From positions 297,492-361,491 of the forward strand of contig DJQW01000001.1 in NCBI GenBank assembly GCA_002437665.1: DNA of 64,000 nt, given 5' to 3'. Both the position numbers and the translations under genes were made by a program. Position 1 is the first letter of the stretch, and every line of letters begins with the position of its first letter. Positions 7,181 through 15,492 of the stretch are shown here, piece after piece. The notes beneath the pieces were generated by a model that searched no databases, had not been told where the DNA came from, and worked only from the letters and a program-made list of their open reading frames with translations. The DNA comes from Alphaproteobacteria bacterium UBA6376. Lineage in GTDB: Bacteria > Pseudomonadota > Alphaproteobacteria > Rs-D84.

Positions 7181-10100
7181 ATGTTAAAGTTTTTCGTTCG
7201 CAGACCCGTAACAACCGTTATGTTTGTTTTGATGTGGGTCGTATTGGGTTTGGTTTCATTTCCAAAGATGAACATTGAACGTACACCGTCGTTGGACTTT
7301 CCAATGGTAACGGCATCGTTCGTGTATCCTGGGGCATCGCCTGCGGAAATTGAATCACAGGTTATTAAAAAGGCCGAAGACGCCATGTCAGAGGTTGCAG
7401 GATTAAAAAAACTGACATCACAGGCGTATGAAAACGGTGGTTACGTTATGGCCGAATTTAACTTGGGCGTAAACGTAAACGATAAATCCAGCGAGGTTAA
7501 ATCAAAAATCGACGCACTGTCATCTGAATTTCCAGACGCGTTGAAACAACCCGTTGTTGAAAAATTGAACCCATTGCAGGAATCGGTCGTTGATATCGTT
7601 CTGCGCGGGGCGTCTGCGCGTGATTTGCAAGAATATGTTGATAACATCTTGGCAAATAAAATCACCGCAACCAAGGGCGTTGCCAGTGTGTCTGTATTCG
7701 GTGGAGAAGACAGAGCTGTTCGTGTTGAAATGAACCCAGAATTGATGGCGGCGCGTGGTGCGACGGTTATGGACGTTGTGTCTGCATTGGCGGCGCGTAA
7801 CCTGAATGTTCCAGGGGGGAAAATTGAAACATCGGCAAATTCATCAAACGTTCGTTTTATTGGCGAATTTGCATCTGTTGATGAAATTGCAAACCTGCAC
7901 CTGACCACGGTCGAAGGCGCGCGTTTCAAACTGTCTGATGTTGCGACGATTACCGATGCCGCGCGTGATATTGAAACAGGTGCGCGTTACAACGGTGAAC
8001 CGGTCGTGATTGCATCTGTGGTCAAGGCATCTGATGGTAACGCAATTAAAATTTCACAGGCACTGCGTAAAAAAATGCCGGAATTACAGGCGGACATGCA
8101 ATCGCGTTTCCCAAATGCCACAATGGAAATTATTTCGGATTCGTCAACCGCGGTTGCCGACGAAACAAACAGCACCATTGATGGTATCGTTTTGGGTATT
8201 ATCTTTACAGTATTGGTTCTGTTGGCATTCACACGTAACTGGCGTTCAACAATTATCGCGGGTGTTGTGATTCCTGCGTCATTGGTTGCTGGTTTCTTCT
8301 TTATGGACGGCAGTGGATTCACAATCAATGCAATGACACTGTTGGCGTATTCGTCAGCATTGGGTACATTGGTGTCAAACGCGATTATTATGATTGAATC
8401 CGCATTGCAGGAAATGCGTGCCGGCAAAGACCCAGAAAACGCCGCAATCGATGGTACGAAAAAGGTCGCAGTATCTGTTCTGGCGGGTGTTGGAACAAAC
8501 GTCGTGGTGTTCTTGCCATTGGCATTTATGGGCGGTATCGTTGGCCAGTTCATGGTTCAATTTGGTATGACCGTTGTGTACCTGACACTGTTGTCGTTGC
8601 TGTTCAGTTTCACGCTGACCCCAATGATGATTGCAAAAATTTTGCGTCTGACGTCATCTGACGCCGCCCCGAAAAAGGTTAAAAAGGCGGCTGCCTCTAC
8701 CACGGCGGAATCACCGGCGGTTGCACGTCTGCACAAATGGTTTGATGTACAATTTAATCACCCATGGCGCGTTGTTGGTTTGGCTGTTGCAATCTTTATT
8801 GCGTCTATGTCGTTGATGAAATTCGTTGGTAATGAATTTTCACCAGCAACCGACAACAATGAAATCAACATCACGGCGCGTGCACCAATGGGCGCAACGT
8901 TTGAAAAGTCCCGTGATATTGCATCGCAAATCGAAGAACAGTTGCGCGATTTCAAGGAGGTTAAATCAATATCTGTGAAAATCGGCGAACGTGGTCTGCA
9001 AAATATCAAGGTCAAGATTGAATTGGTTGATCGCGCAGATCGCAGATTGTCTGACAAGGAATTGTCACGTCGTATGTTGCCACGTCTGGCGACAATCCCA
9101 GATGTCGAAATCCAGATTCGTGCGGGCGCGTCTATGTCGTCGTCTATATCGTCTGATATGGTTTTGAACATCACCGGCGAAGATGATGCAAAACGCGAAG
9201 CGTACGCCACGCGCGCAATCGAATTGATAAACCAGATACCAGAGGTTCAGAGTGCCGTTCGCGCCCAGCAAACCCCAGGTAACGAAATCAAATTCATACC
9301 TGATGAAAACAAGATGGATTTCTGGGGTGTGAAAAATTCGTATGCTGGTTCAACATTGCGTACGGCGTTGTTTGGTAACGACGATTACAAGTACAAGGAA
9401 GCGGGCGAAGAATATCCAATCGTTTTGGAATTTGCAAAACCGTTCAAGACCGCTGAAATGTTTGACAATGTGTACGTGAACTCGCAAAAGGGTATGGTTG
9501 CGTTGTCGTCGCTGGGTAAAATTGAAAACACCACCGCGACGCCAAACATCAGCCGTCTGGACAAGAACAGAATTACCGAAATCGATATCAATATCGGTAA
9601 ATCCACAATGGGCCCTGTTCAGGCCAAGATTCAGTCCGCACTGAATACCATTGATTGGGACGCGGGGTATGGTGCTGAATTCGGTGGTATGTCTGAAATT
9701 CAAGACGAAACAACCGGCGAAATCGGTCAGGCGTTCTTCTTGGCGACTGTGCTGACATTTATGTTGCTGGCGGCCATTATGAACTCGCTGGCGCACCCAT
9801 TCACAATCGCGACGTCAATTCTGACATCATTCGCGGGCGTGTTTGTGATGCTGTTCCTGTCGGGGGCGTCAATGAACGTTGGTGCTATGTTGGCATTCGT
9901 TATGTTGGTCGGTCTGGTGGTGAATAACAACATTCTGGTGCTGGAACCAACAATCGCACGTGTTAAAAACGGCGAAGATGCCAAATCCGCCCTGTGGACA
10001 GAACTGAACGACAAGCGTTACATGGTGTTGATGACATCAATCGCGGTTATCACCGGTATGGTGCCCCAGTTGTGGTCGGCCGACGGTATGAAGGTCGCAA

Positions 10101-10216
10101 TGGCTGCGGTTATGATTGGTGGTATGTTGGCCAGTTTGATATTCACATTCACACTGACGCCTGCATTGTTCTTTATCATTGAACATGCACGTCGTCGTCT
10201 GGCGCGTAACAAATAA
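7181..10216 (+). CDS. RND-family efflux transporter (AcrB/HAE-type)
   Basis: 1011 aa with a 12-TM, two-large-loop RND layout. N-terminus is FFVRRPVTTVMFVLMWVVLG. Confidence 0.9.
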   Translation: MLKFFVRRPVTTVMFVLMWVVLGLVSFPKMNIERTPSLDFPMVTASFVYPGASPAEIESQVIKKAEDAMSEVAGLKKLTSQAYENGGYVMAEFNLGVNVNDKSSEVKSKIDALSSEFPDALKQPVVEKLNPLQESVVDIVLRGASARDLQEYVDNILANKITATKGVASVSVFGGEDRAVRVEMNPELMAARGATVMDVVSALAARNLNVPGGKIETSANSSNVRFIGEFASVDEIANLHLTTVEGARFKLSDVATITDAARDIETGARYNGEPVVIASVVKASDGNAIKISQALRKKMPELQADMQSRFPNATMEIISDSSTAVADETNSTIDGIVLGIIFTVLVLLAFTRNWRSTIIAGVVIPASLVAGFFFMDGSGFTINAMTLLAYSSALGTLVSNAIIMIESALQEMRAGKDPENAAIDGTKKVAVSVLAGVGTNVVVFLPLAFMGGIVGQFMVQFGMTVVYLTLLSLLFSFTLTPMMIAKILRLTSSDAAPKKVKKAAASTTAESPAVARLHKWFDVQFNHPWRVVGLAVAIFIASMSLMKFVGNEFSPATDNNEINITARAPMGATFEKSRDIASQIEEQLRDFKEVKSISVKIGERGLQNIKVKIELVDRADRRLSDKELSRRMLPRLATIPDVEIQIRAGASMSSSISSDMVLNITGEDDAKREAYATRAIELINQIPEVQSAVRAQQTPGNEIKFIPDENKMDFWGVKNSYAGSTLRTALFGNDDYKYKEAGEEYPIVLEFAKPFKTAEMFDNVYVNSQKGMVALSSLGKIENTTATPNISRLDKNRITEIDINIGKSTMGPVQAKIQSALNTIDWDAGYGAEFGGMSEIQDETTGEIGQAFFLATVLTFMLLAAIMNSLAHPFTIATSILTSFAGVFVMLFLSGASMNVGAMLAFVMLVGLVVNNNILVLEPTIARVKNGEDAKSALWTELNDKRYMVLMTSIAVITGMVPQLWSADGMKVAMAAVMIGGMLASLIFTFTLTPALFFIIEHARRRLARNK

Positions 10217-10241
10217 AAAACGGGGCATCGCCCCGTTTTTT
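10216..10241. terminator. Bidirectional rho-independent terminator (acggggcatcgccccgt)
   Basis: GC hairpin flanked by an A-run and a T-run, shared by the convergent genes 7181..10216 and 10240..10680. The same hairpin recurs at 47753..47769 and 59898..59914. Confidence 0.8.
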
Positions 10242-10680
10242 ATTCGCCATAGTGGCAGGGCTGTGTATAACTAAAATCCCCCGTGCTGTCAGAACCATAG
10301 GTTACATAACATTTGGTGACAGTTGTTGCACCTGTGCCGGTGGTGCTTCCCCCCGATGGGCATCTTGTACAAGTCGGGTCTAATGAATTTGGATTTCCAT
10401 AATAACCGGAGTCACATATGTATCTATCTGACGTGTGGCACGTGACCATGTTTTTATCGGCTGCGGTGATTCCACATTCCACATCTGTTCTGAAAGTTTG
10501 CACGTGTATTACACCATTGCCCAGATCTGTTTTGTATGTTCCATCAACGCGTTTGCAACAATTTTTGGTACATTCTGTTTGGCTTGTGTTATACGGACAC
10601 GCACCACAACAGTTGTTGGCCCCATATGATGGTGCCGTGCCCAGCAATATAGATATGCTGGCTAATATTAGTTTTTTCAT
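10240..10680 (-). CDS. Secreted 13-Cys protein with furin/VSP/GCC2-GCC3-like CxxC...GYY motif
   Basis: Strong SD (AAGGAGG, 5 nt from the ATG) and a signal peptide MKKLILASISILLGTAPSYGA. Motif ICDSGYYGNPNSLDPTCTRCPSGGSTTGTGATTVTKCY. Confidence 0.6.
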   Translation of the reverse strand: MKKLILASISILLGTAPSYGANNCCGACPYNTSQTECTKNCCKRVDGTYKTDLGNGVIHVQTFRTDVECGITAADKNMVTCHTSDRYICDSGYYGNPNSLDPTCTRCPSGGSTTGTGATTVTKCYVTYGSDSTGDFSYTQPCHYGE

Positions 10681-10974
10681 TCTAACCTCCTTGTTTTTTC
10701 ATGAACGAAAAACCGCCAACAAAACAAAGGCGGTTGGAGGTTAGCGACTATCTTGTAAATAGTGGTGGTATTCAAAATATTTCCACACCCTCCAACCCAA
10801 TGGCTGGAGATAGAAACGCATACCAACACGCATGTATGCCTGCGTACAAGAAAGGGTCGCTAAACCCCGCTGTCAGCTGCTTGTGACAACAATCCAATAA
10901 TAACAATATAAAATTTGCGGTGCAAGCAAAAGATTGTTATAATAACGCCCGAAAAACACAAAAGGATTTGTAAT

Positions 10975-11577
10975 ATGTTGATGAAACAAGATGTCGTTGT
11001 TTTTGATTTTGATGGCACGCTGTCGGCGCGTGATTCCAATGTGGAATTTGGTCGGTATTGTTTTCGCCACTCGCTGCGCCCATGGTTGTTTTTGCCATTG
11101 ATGGGTGTTGCGGCGATTGTACGTATGTTTAACCCGTCTGGCATTTGGTGGCGCGAAAAAATGCGTCGGTTTTTAACGGCGGATATGGTTAAACGTTTTG
11201 CGCCTGATTTTATTAAACAGCATAAAATGGAACGCTTTGGCTGGGCCCGCGAACAGGTTGCGTCCGAACGCGCGGCGGGTCGCCGTGTGGTTTTGATTTC
11301 GGCCAGTGCGGATTACCTGGTGCCACAACTGGTGCGTGATATTAAATTTGATGCGGTTTTGACATCGCAAATGGACGCGGCGCGGCCGTGGAAATATAAA
11401 TTCTTGTGCTGGGGCGCGAACAAGGTTGTTGCACTGGACACATGGGCGTCAAAAAATAAAATTATACCGCGCGTCGTGCGCAGTTATTCTGACAGTCCAT
11501 CTGATATGCCACTGATGGAAATCGCCGCCGAACAGGTATGGGTTGATGCCAAAACGGGCCTGCGAAAACATGCCTAG
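10975..11577 (+). CDS. HAD-IB family hydrolase/phosphatase
   Basis: VVFDFDGTLS motif I and SASADYLV motif II. Internal ATG at 10975 is preceded by AAGGA. Confidence 0.7.
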   Translation: MLMKQDVVVFDFDGTLSARDSNVEFGRYCFRHSLRPWLFLPLMGVAAIVRMFNPSGIWWREKMRRFLTADMVKRFAPDFIKQHKMERFGWAREQVASERAAGRRVVLISASADYLVPQLVRDIKFDAVLTSQMDAARPWKYKFLCWGANKVVALDTWASKNKIIPRVVRSYSDSPSDMPLMEIAAEQVWVDAKTGLRKHA

Positions 11578-11591
11578 GGCGCAATGCAAAT

Positions 11592-11631
11592 AAATCCGTT
11601 ATAATCATCGCATGGTTATAACGGATTTTTT
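11592..11631 (+). terminator. Rho-independent terminator after the HAD-IB gene
   Basis: Perfect 13-bp inverted repeat aaatccgttataa / ttataacggattt with an 11-nt loop, followed by a T-run. Confidence 0.6.
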
Positions 11632-11878
11632 ATATGATTTTTCGGTCGGCATTGCGTGCGCATTGGTTGGTGCGTTGATCAGTACGATGTTTTCGCGTCG
11701 TAAAACGCGTCGCCTGACCAGTGAAATTGTCCTGCGTCGTCGCGATTTGGACGCATTGCGATTGGAAAATAACCGATTGCTGGAAACAATTAAAAACCGT
11801 GAAACCCAAATCTTGGAATTACAAAAGAAAATCTTGGACGCGCATTCCCCCACAAAAGCCAAACGCCGCGGTAAATAG
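11612..11878 (+). CDS. 88-aa TM plus coiled-coil protein, paralogous to the RmuC N-terminus
   Basis: DFLYDFSVGIACALVGALISTMF aligns with RmuC DFIAFFVGTAVGCILGALVTALF, and a coiled coil follows in both. The ATG sits in the terminator loop just after a TATAAT (11600..11605), so expression is uncertain. Confidence 0.4.
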   Translation: MVITDFLYDFSVGIACALVGALISTMFSRRKTRRLTSEIVLRRRDLDALRLENNRLLETIKNRETQILELQKKILDAHSPTKAKRRGK

Positions 11879-11936
11879 TGCGGTCGGCTTGCTATTTAGT
11901 TTTTTTATTGTATAATCCCCGAAAAGAGGTTTGCGC

Positions 11937-13172
11937 ATGGATTTTATTGCTTTTTTCGTTGGGACTGCGGTCGGGTGCATACTGGGCGCATTGGTCACGG
12001 CACTGTTTGCCAAACATCCCGATGACAGCCGTATAGAGGTTGCACAGTTAAAGGCACTGTTACAGCAACAGCGTGGCGAAATCGAACGCATGCGCACCGA
12101 AAACAGTGCATTGCAACAGAGTGCCGCCGAAAAAAAGCAAGAGGTTGAAACCCTGACGCGTGTCCGCGAAAAAATGCTGAATGATTTCAAGGCGATTTCC
12201 AGTGAACTGATTGAAAAACAAAAAGAATCCGTCCAAGAAACCCAGAAAATCGTGCTGACCCCCGTCCAGAACGAAATGAAGGCATTGAAAGAGGGGTTTG
12301 AACAGAAAGTCACCGAAATGTTAAAAACCACGACGGAAAACAAAACCAGCATAGATGAACAAATCAAAAATATGCTGAGTAAAAGTGAGTCGTTACAGCA
12401 AGAGGCAACCAATCTGGCCAATGCGTTGAAAAATAAAAAGAGTCAGGGTTGCTGGGGCGAAATGTATCTGGAAAACATTCTGGAAATGTTGGGCTTTGTC
12501 GAAGGGGTTGATTACACCAAGGAAGAATTTACCCGCGTCGATGATGGCAAAAACATTCGTCCTGATTTTATCGTGAACCTGCCGGGGAATCGTCGTATCA
12601 TTATTGATTCCAAGGTTTCTATGGAAAGTTACCTGCAATACGAAAACGCCGAAACCGACGAAGAACGCGAAAAATATGCCAAGGATTTTGTCGCCGCGAC
12701 CGAGGCGCACATAAACGAACTGTCCGACAAAGATTACCAGAAAAAGGTCAAAGATTCTGGTCTGGATTACGTGTTTATGTTTATGCCATTGGAATCCGCG
12801 TATGTTTTGGCAATGCGCAGAAAGCCGGAATTGTATTCCAGTGCGCAAAATAAAAACGTCGCGATTATCACATCGTCGCTGCTGTTCCCGATGCTGAAAA
12901 CCGTGGAATTATTGTTAAAGATGGACAAACAAAACAAGAACGTGACAGAGGTTATTGCGCTGGTCAACGATTTGTATGAAAAATATTCTGGTTTTGTTGA
13001 TAACTTTAATGCGGTCGGCAAAAGCATAGAATCCGCAATGAAGACGTACAATAATGCACGCGGACAACTGACCGATGGACGCGGAAATATGTCCAGATTG
13101 TTCGACAGAATCAAAGAAAAAAGTGGAATAACAACTAATAAAAAAATCGCATTGGAATATAAAGATGAGTAA
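11937..13172 (+). CDS. rmuC: DNA recombination protein RmuC
   Basis: N-terminal TM, long coiled coil, and the RmuC nuclease core RPDFIVNLPGNRRIIIDSK. SD AAGAGG before the ATG at 11937. Confidence 0.85.
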   Translation: MDFIAFFVGTAVGCILGALVTALFAKHPDDSRIEVAQLKALLQQQRGEIERMRTENSALQQSAAEKKQEVETLTRVREKMLNDFKAISSELIEKQKESVQETQKIVLTPVQNEMKALKEGFEQKVTEMLKTTTENKTSIDEQIKNMLSKSESLQQEATNLANALKNKKSQGCWGEMYLENILEMLGFVEGVDYTKEEFTRVDDGKNIRPDFIVNLPGNRRIIIDSKVSMESYLQYENAETDEEREKYAKDFVAATEAHINELSDKDYQKKVKDSGLDYVFMFMPLESAYVLAMRRKPELYSSAQNKNVAIITSSLLFPMLKTVELLLKMDKQNKNVTEVIALVNDLYEKYSGFVDNFNAVGKSIESAMKTYNNARGQLTDGRGNMSRLFDRIKEKSGITTNKKIALEYKDE

Positions 13173-13674
13173 ATTGCAAATGAAACTTTGTGGTGATTTG
13201 GTTCTGCGTGAAAAGTGCGCGCCAATTACCGAAATCACACCGGAAATATTGTCCACTATGGACGAAATGATTGGTATGATGCGTGATCAATCGGGCGTTG
13301 GCTTGGCCGCGCCACAGGTTGGTATGTTACAGCGTTTCTTGGTCATGATGAATCCTGACACCGAACAGGTATTCAAAATGATAAATCCAAAAATCATTTC
13401 GCGCAGTGCCGATACCTGTACGATGGAAGAGGGCTGCCTGTCCGTATTGGGGCCTGACAACCTGCCGGTGTACGCAAATGTTACGCGTCCCGCGTCCGTT
13501 GTTGTTGAATGGACGGATGAAAATGGCACGCCCCAAGGGGCGGAAATGTCCGGTCTGCCGGCGCGTATTGTTCAGCATGAAACCGACCATCTGGATGGAA
13601 TTTTGTTTATCGATTATCTGACGCCGGTGCGTCGTGAAATGGTTATGCGCAAGGTAAGGAAACACAAAGCATGA
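13165..13674 (+). CDS. def: Peptide deformylase
   Basis: Motifs GVGLAAPQ, EGCLS and QHETDHL. Confidence 0.92.
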   Translation: MSKLQMKLCGDLVLREKCAPITEITPEILSTMDEMIGMMRDQSGVGLAAPQVGMLQRFLVMMNPDTEQVFKMINPKIISRSADTCTMEEGCLSVLGPDNLPVYANVTRPASVVVEWTDENGTPQGAEMSGLPARIVQHETDHLDGILFIDYLTPVRREMVMRKVRKHKA

Positions 13675-14480
13675 AACTGGTACTGATGGGAACGCCCGCG
13701 TTCGTTGTTCCGATGTTTGACGCAATTTATAATGTGGGTCATGAAATATTGGCGGTATTTACGCGCGGCCCCAAACCCGTTGGTCGTAAACAGGTGTTGA
13801 CCAAATCACCGGTGCACGTGTGGGCAGAATCAAAAAATATTCCCGTGTTTAACCGTGCGTCTGAATATAATTTTTCGCCTGATATGGTTGTGGTGGTGTC
13901 ATATGGTGTGATATTGCGCGACAATGTTTTGTCGTCCGCACCATGCATCAATATTCACCCCAGTGACCTGCCAAAATATCGTGGGGCATCGCCAATAAAG
14001 ACCGCAATTTACAATGGCGATGCGCACAGTGCGGTTTGCCTGATGCAAATCACCGCGGAAATGGATGCTGGTGATGTGTACATGCGTCGCGCATTTGATA
14101 TTGGCGACGACGATACCAACGATGATATTGAAAATCGTGTGTCAAAAATCGGTACTGAAATGTTGACCGAATATCTGGCAAATCCCGCGGCATATCCGCC
14201 CGTGGCGCAAACAGGCACGCCCACGTTCACACGTAAATGGACGGGCGCGGACGAAATTATCGATTGGTCGCGTGGCGCGCGCGCGGTACATAACCAGATT
14301 CGTGCGCTTGGTGCGGGACGCACAAAAATCAATGGCACAGATGTCAAGATTCTGCGTACGCGCATTGCGCAAAACGGTGAATTGGAAATCTTGCAAATTC
14401 AACCGGCGGGTAAAAAGCCAATGGATTGGAAAAGTTTTACAAACGGCCTGCGTGGTGCAGAAATAAAAATAGGGGAATAA
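13671..14480 (+). CDS. fmt: Methionyl-tRNA formyltransferase (short form)
   Basis: VVVSYGVIL...NIHPSDLPKYRGASPI motif. ATGA overlap with def. Confidence 0.9.
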   Translation: MKLVLMGTPAFVVPMFDAIYNVGHEILAVFTRGPKPVGRKQVLTKSPVHVWAESKNIPVFNRASEYNFSPDMVVVVSYGVILRDNVLSSAPCINIHPSDLPKYRGASPIKTAIYNGDAHSAVCLMQITAEMDAGDVYMRRAFDIGDDDTNDDIENRVSKIGTEMLTEYLANPAAYPPVAQTGTPTFTRKWTGADEIIDWSRGARAVHNQIRALGAGRTKINGTDVKILRTRIAQNGELEILQIQPAGKKPMDWKSFTNGLRGAEIKIGE

Positions 14481-14481
14481 T

Positions 14482-14727
14482 ATGGAATTTGGCGAAGACG
14501 ATAAACCATGTTCATGCAGCACCAATTATCAAGGATTTCAGGGTACTGATTTCCCGCGCTGGTGTCAGTTCTGTAAACATTTTGGTTCAATGTATGTGTG
14601 GCACGCATGCTATCATTCATTGTTTGCCCGTTTGGGGTGGAAGAATCCAAAATTAGTGAACTATGACGATTGCTGTCGTCATTTCAAATATGCAAAAATA
14701 TATGCCGATCAACAGAAAACAAAATAA
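14482..14727 (+). CDS. Small Cys/aromatic-rich hypothetical protein (81 aa)
   Basis: ATG is 1 nt after the fmt stop, with AGGGGA 5 nt upstream. It fills the fmt-truA gap. No recognisable family. Confidence 0.35.
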   Translation: MEFGEDDKPCSCSTNYQGFQGTDFPRWCQFCKHFGSMYVWHACYHSLFARLGWKNPKLVNYDDCCRHFKYAKIYADQQKTK

Positions 14728-14733
14728 CACGAA

Positions 14734-15492
14734 ATGACACGATTCCGCATAACACTTGAATACGATGGCACAGATTTAATTGGCTGGCAAGAAAACCGCC
14801 AAGGCCCATCTGTGCAGTCAATTTTGCGCGATGCGATTTTTGCATTTTGCGCCGTGCGTCCTGACGTTGTCGCGGCTGGACGTACCGATGCGGGCGTGCA
14901 TGCGTTGGGTATGGTTGCGCATTTTGATTTGGACGGCACATTTGATGCAAATACCGTTATGCGTGCGGTGAATTTTTATTTGACCGATAAACCGGTGGTC
15001 ATATTGTCATGTGACGCGGTGGCGGATGATTTTAACGCGCGCTTTGATTGCACGGCGCGCCATTATCGCTATGTCGTGCTGAACCGTCGCGCCGCGCCGG
15101 TGCTGAACAAGAATCGTGTATGGTGGGTTCCGCGCGAACTGAATATTGATGCAATGCGCGCCGCGGCCACGCGTCTGATTGGACATCATGATTTTACCAG
15201 TTTTCGCGCCACCCAGTGTCAGGCAAAAAGCCCAATAAAAACATTGGACACTTGCAATATTATCACAGATGGCGATAATGTGATTTTTGAATTTTCCGCG
15301 CGTTCATTTTTGCATCATCAGGTACGCAATATGGTCGGCACATTGGTGGAAATTGGTCTGGGCAAACCATACGATATTGATGAAATTTTTGCCGCACGTA
15401 ATCGCAGTGCCGCGGGCCCAACCGCACCGGCGTCTGGTCTGTATTTTATCTCTGCGGATTATTCCACGGACGCATCGCATTCAGATATTTAA
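14734..15492 (+). CDS. truA: tRNA pseudouridine(38-40) synthase
   Basis: YDGTDLIGWQ and catalytic GRTDAGVHA motifs. Confidence 0.92.
   Translation: MTRFRITLEYDGTDLIGWQENRQGPSVQSILRDAIFAFCAVRPDVVAAGRTDAGVHALGMVAHFDLDGTFDANTVMRAVNFYLTDKPVVILSCDAVADDFNARFDCTARHYRYVVLNRRAAPVLNKNRVWWVPRELNIDAMRAAATRLIGHHDFTSFRATQCQAKSPIKTLDTCNIITDGDNVIFEFSARSFLHHQVRNMVGTLVEIGLGKPYDIDEIFAARNRSAAGPTAPASGLYFISADYSTDASHSDI

Noticed and set aside
15446-15492. 47-nt convergent overlap of the truA and comEC 3' ends.
   Set aside because: This is probably genuine but unremarkable compact-genome tail overlap, with no sign of a frameshift.
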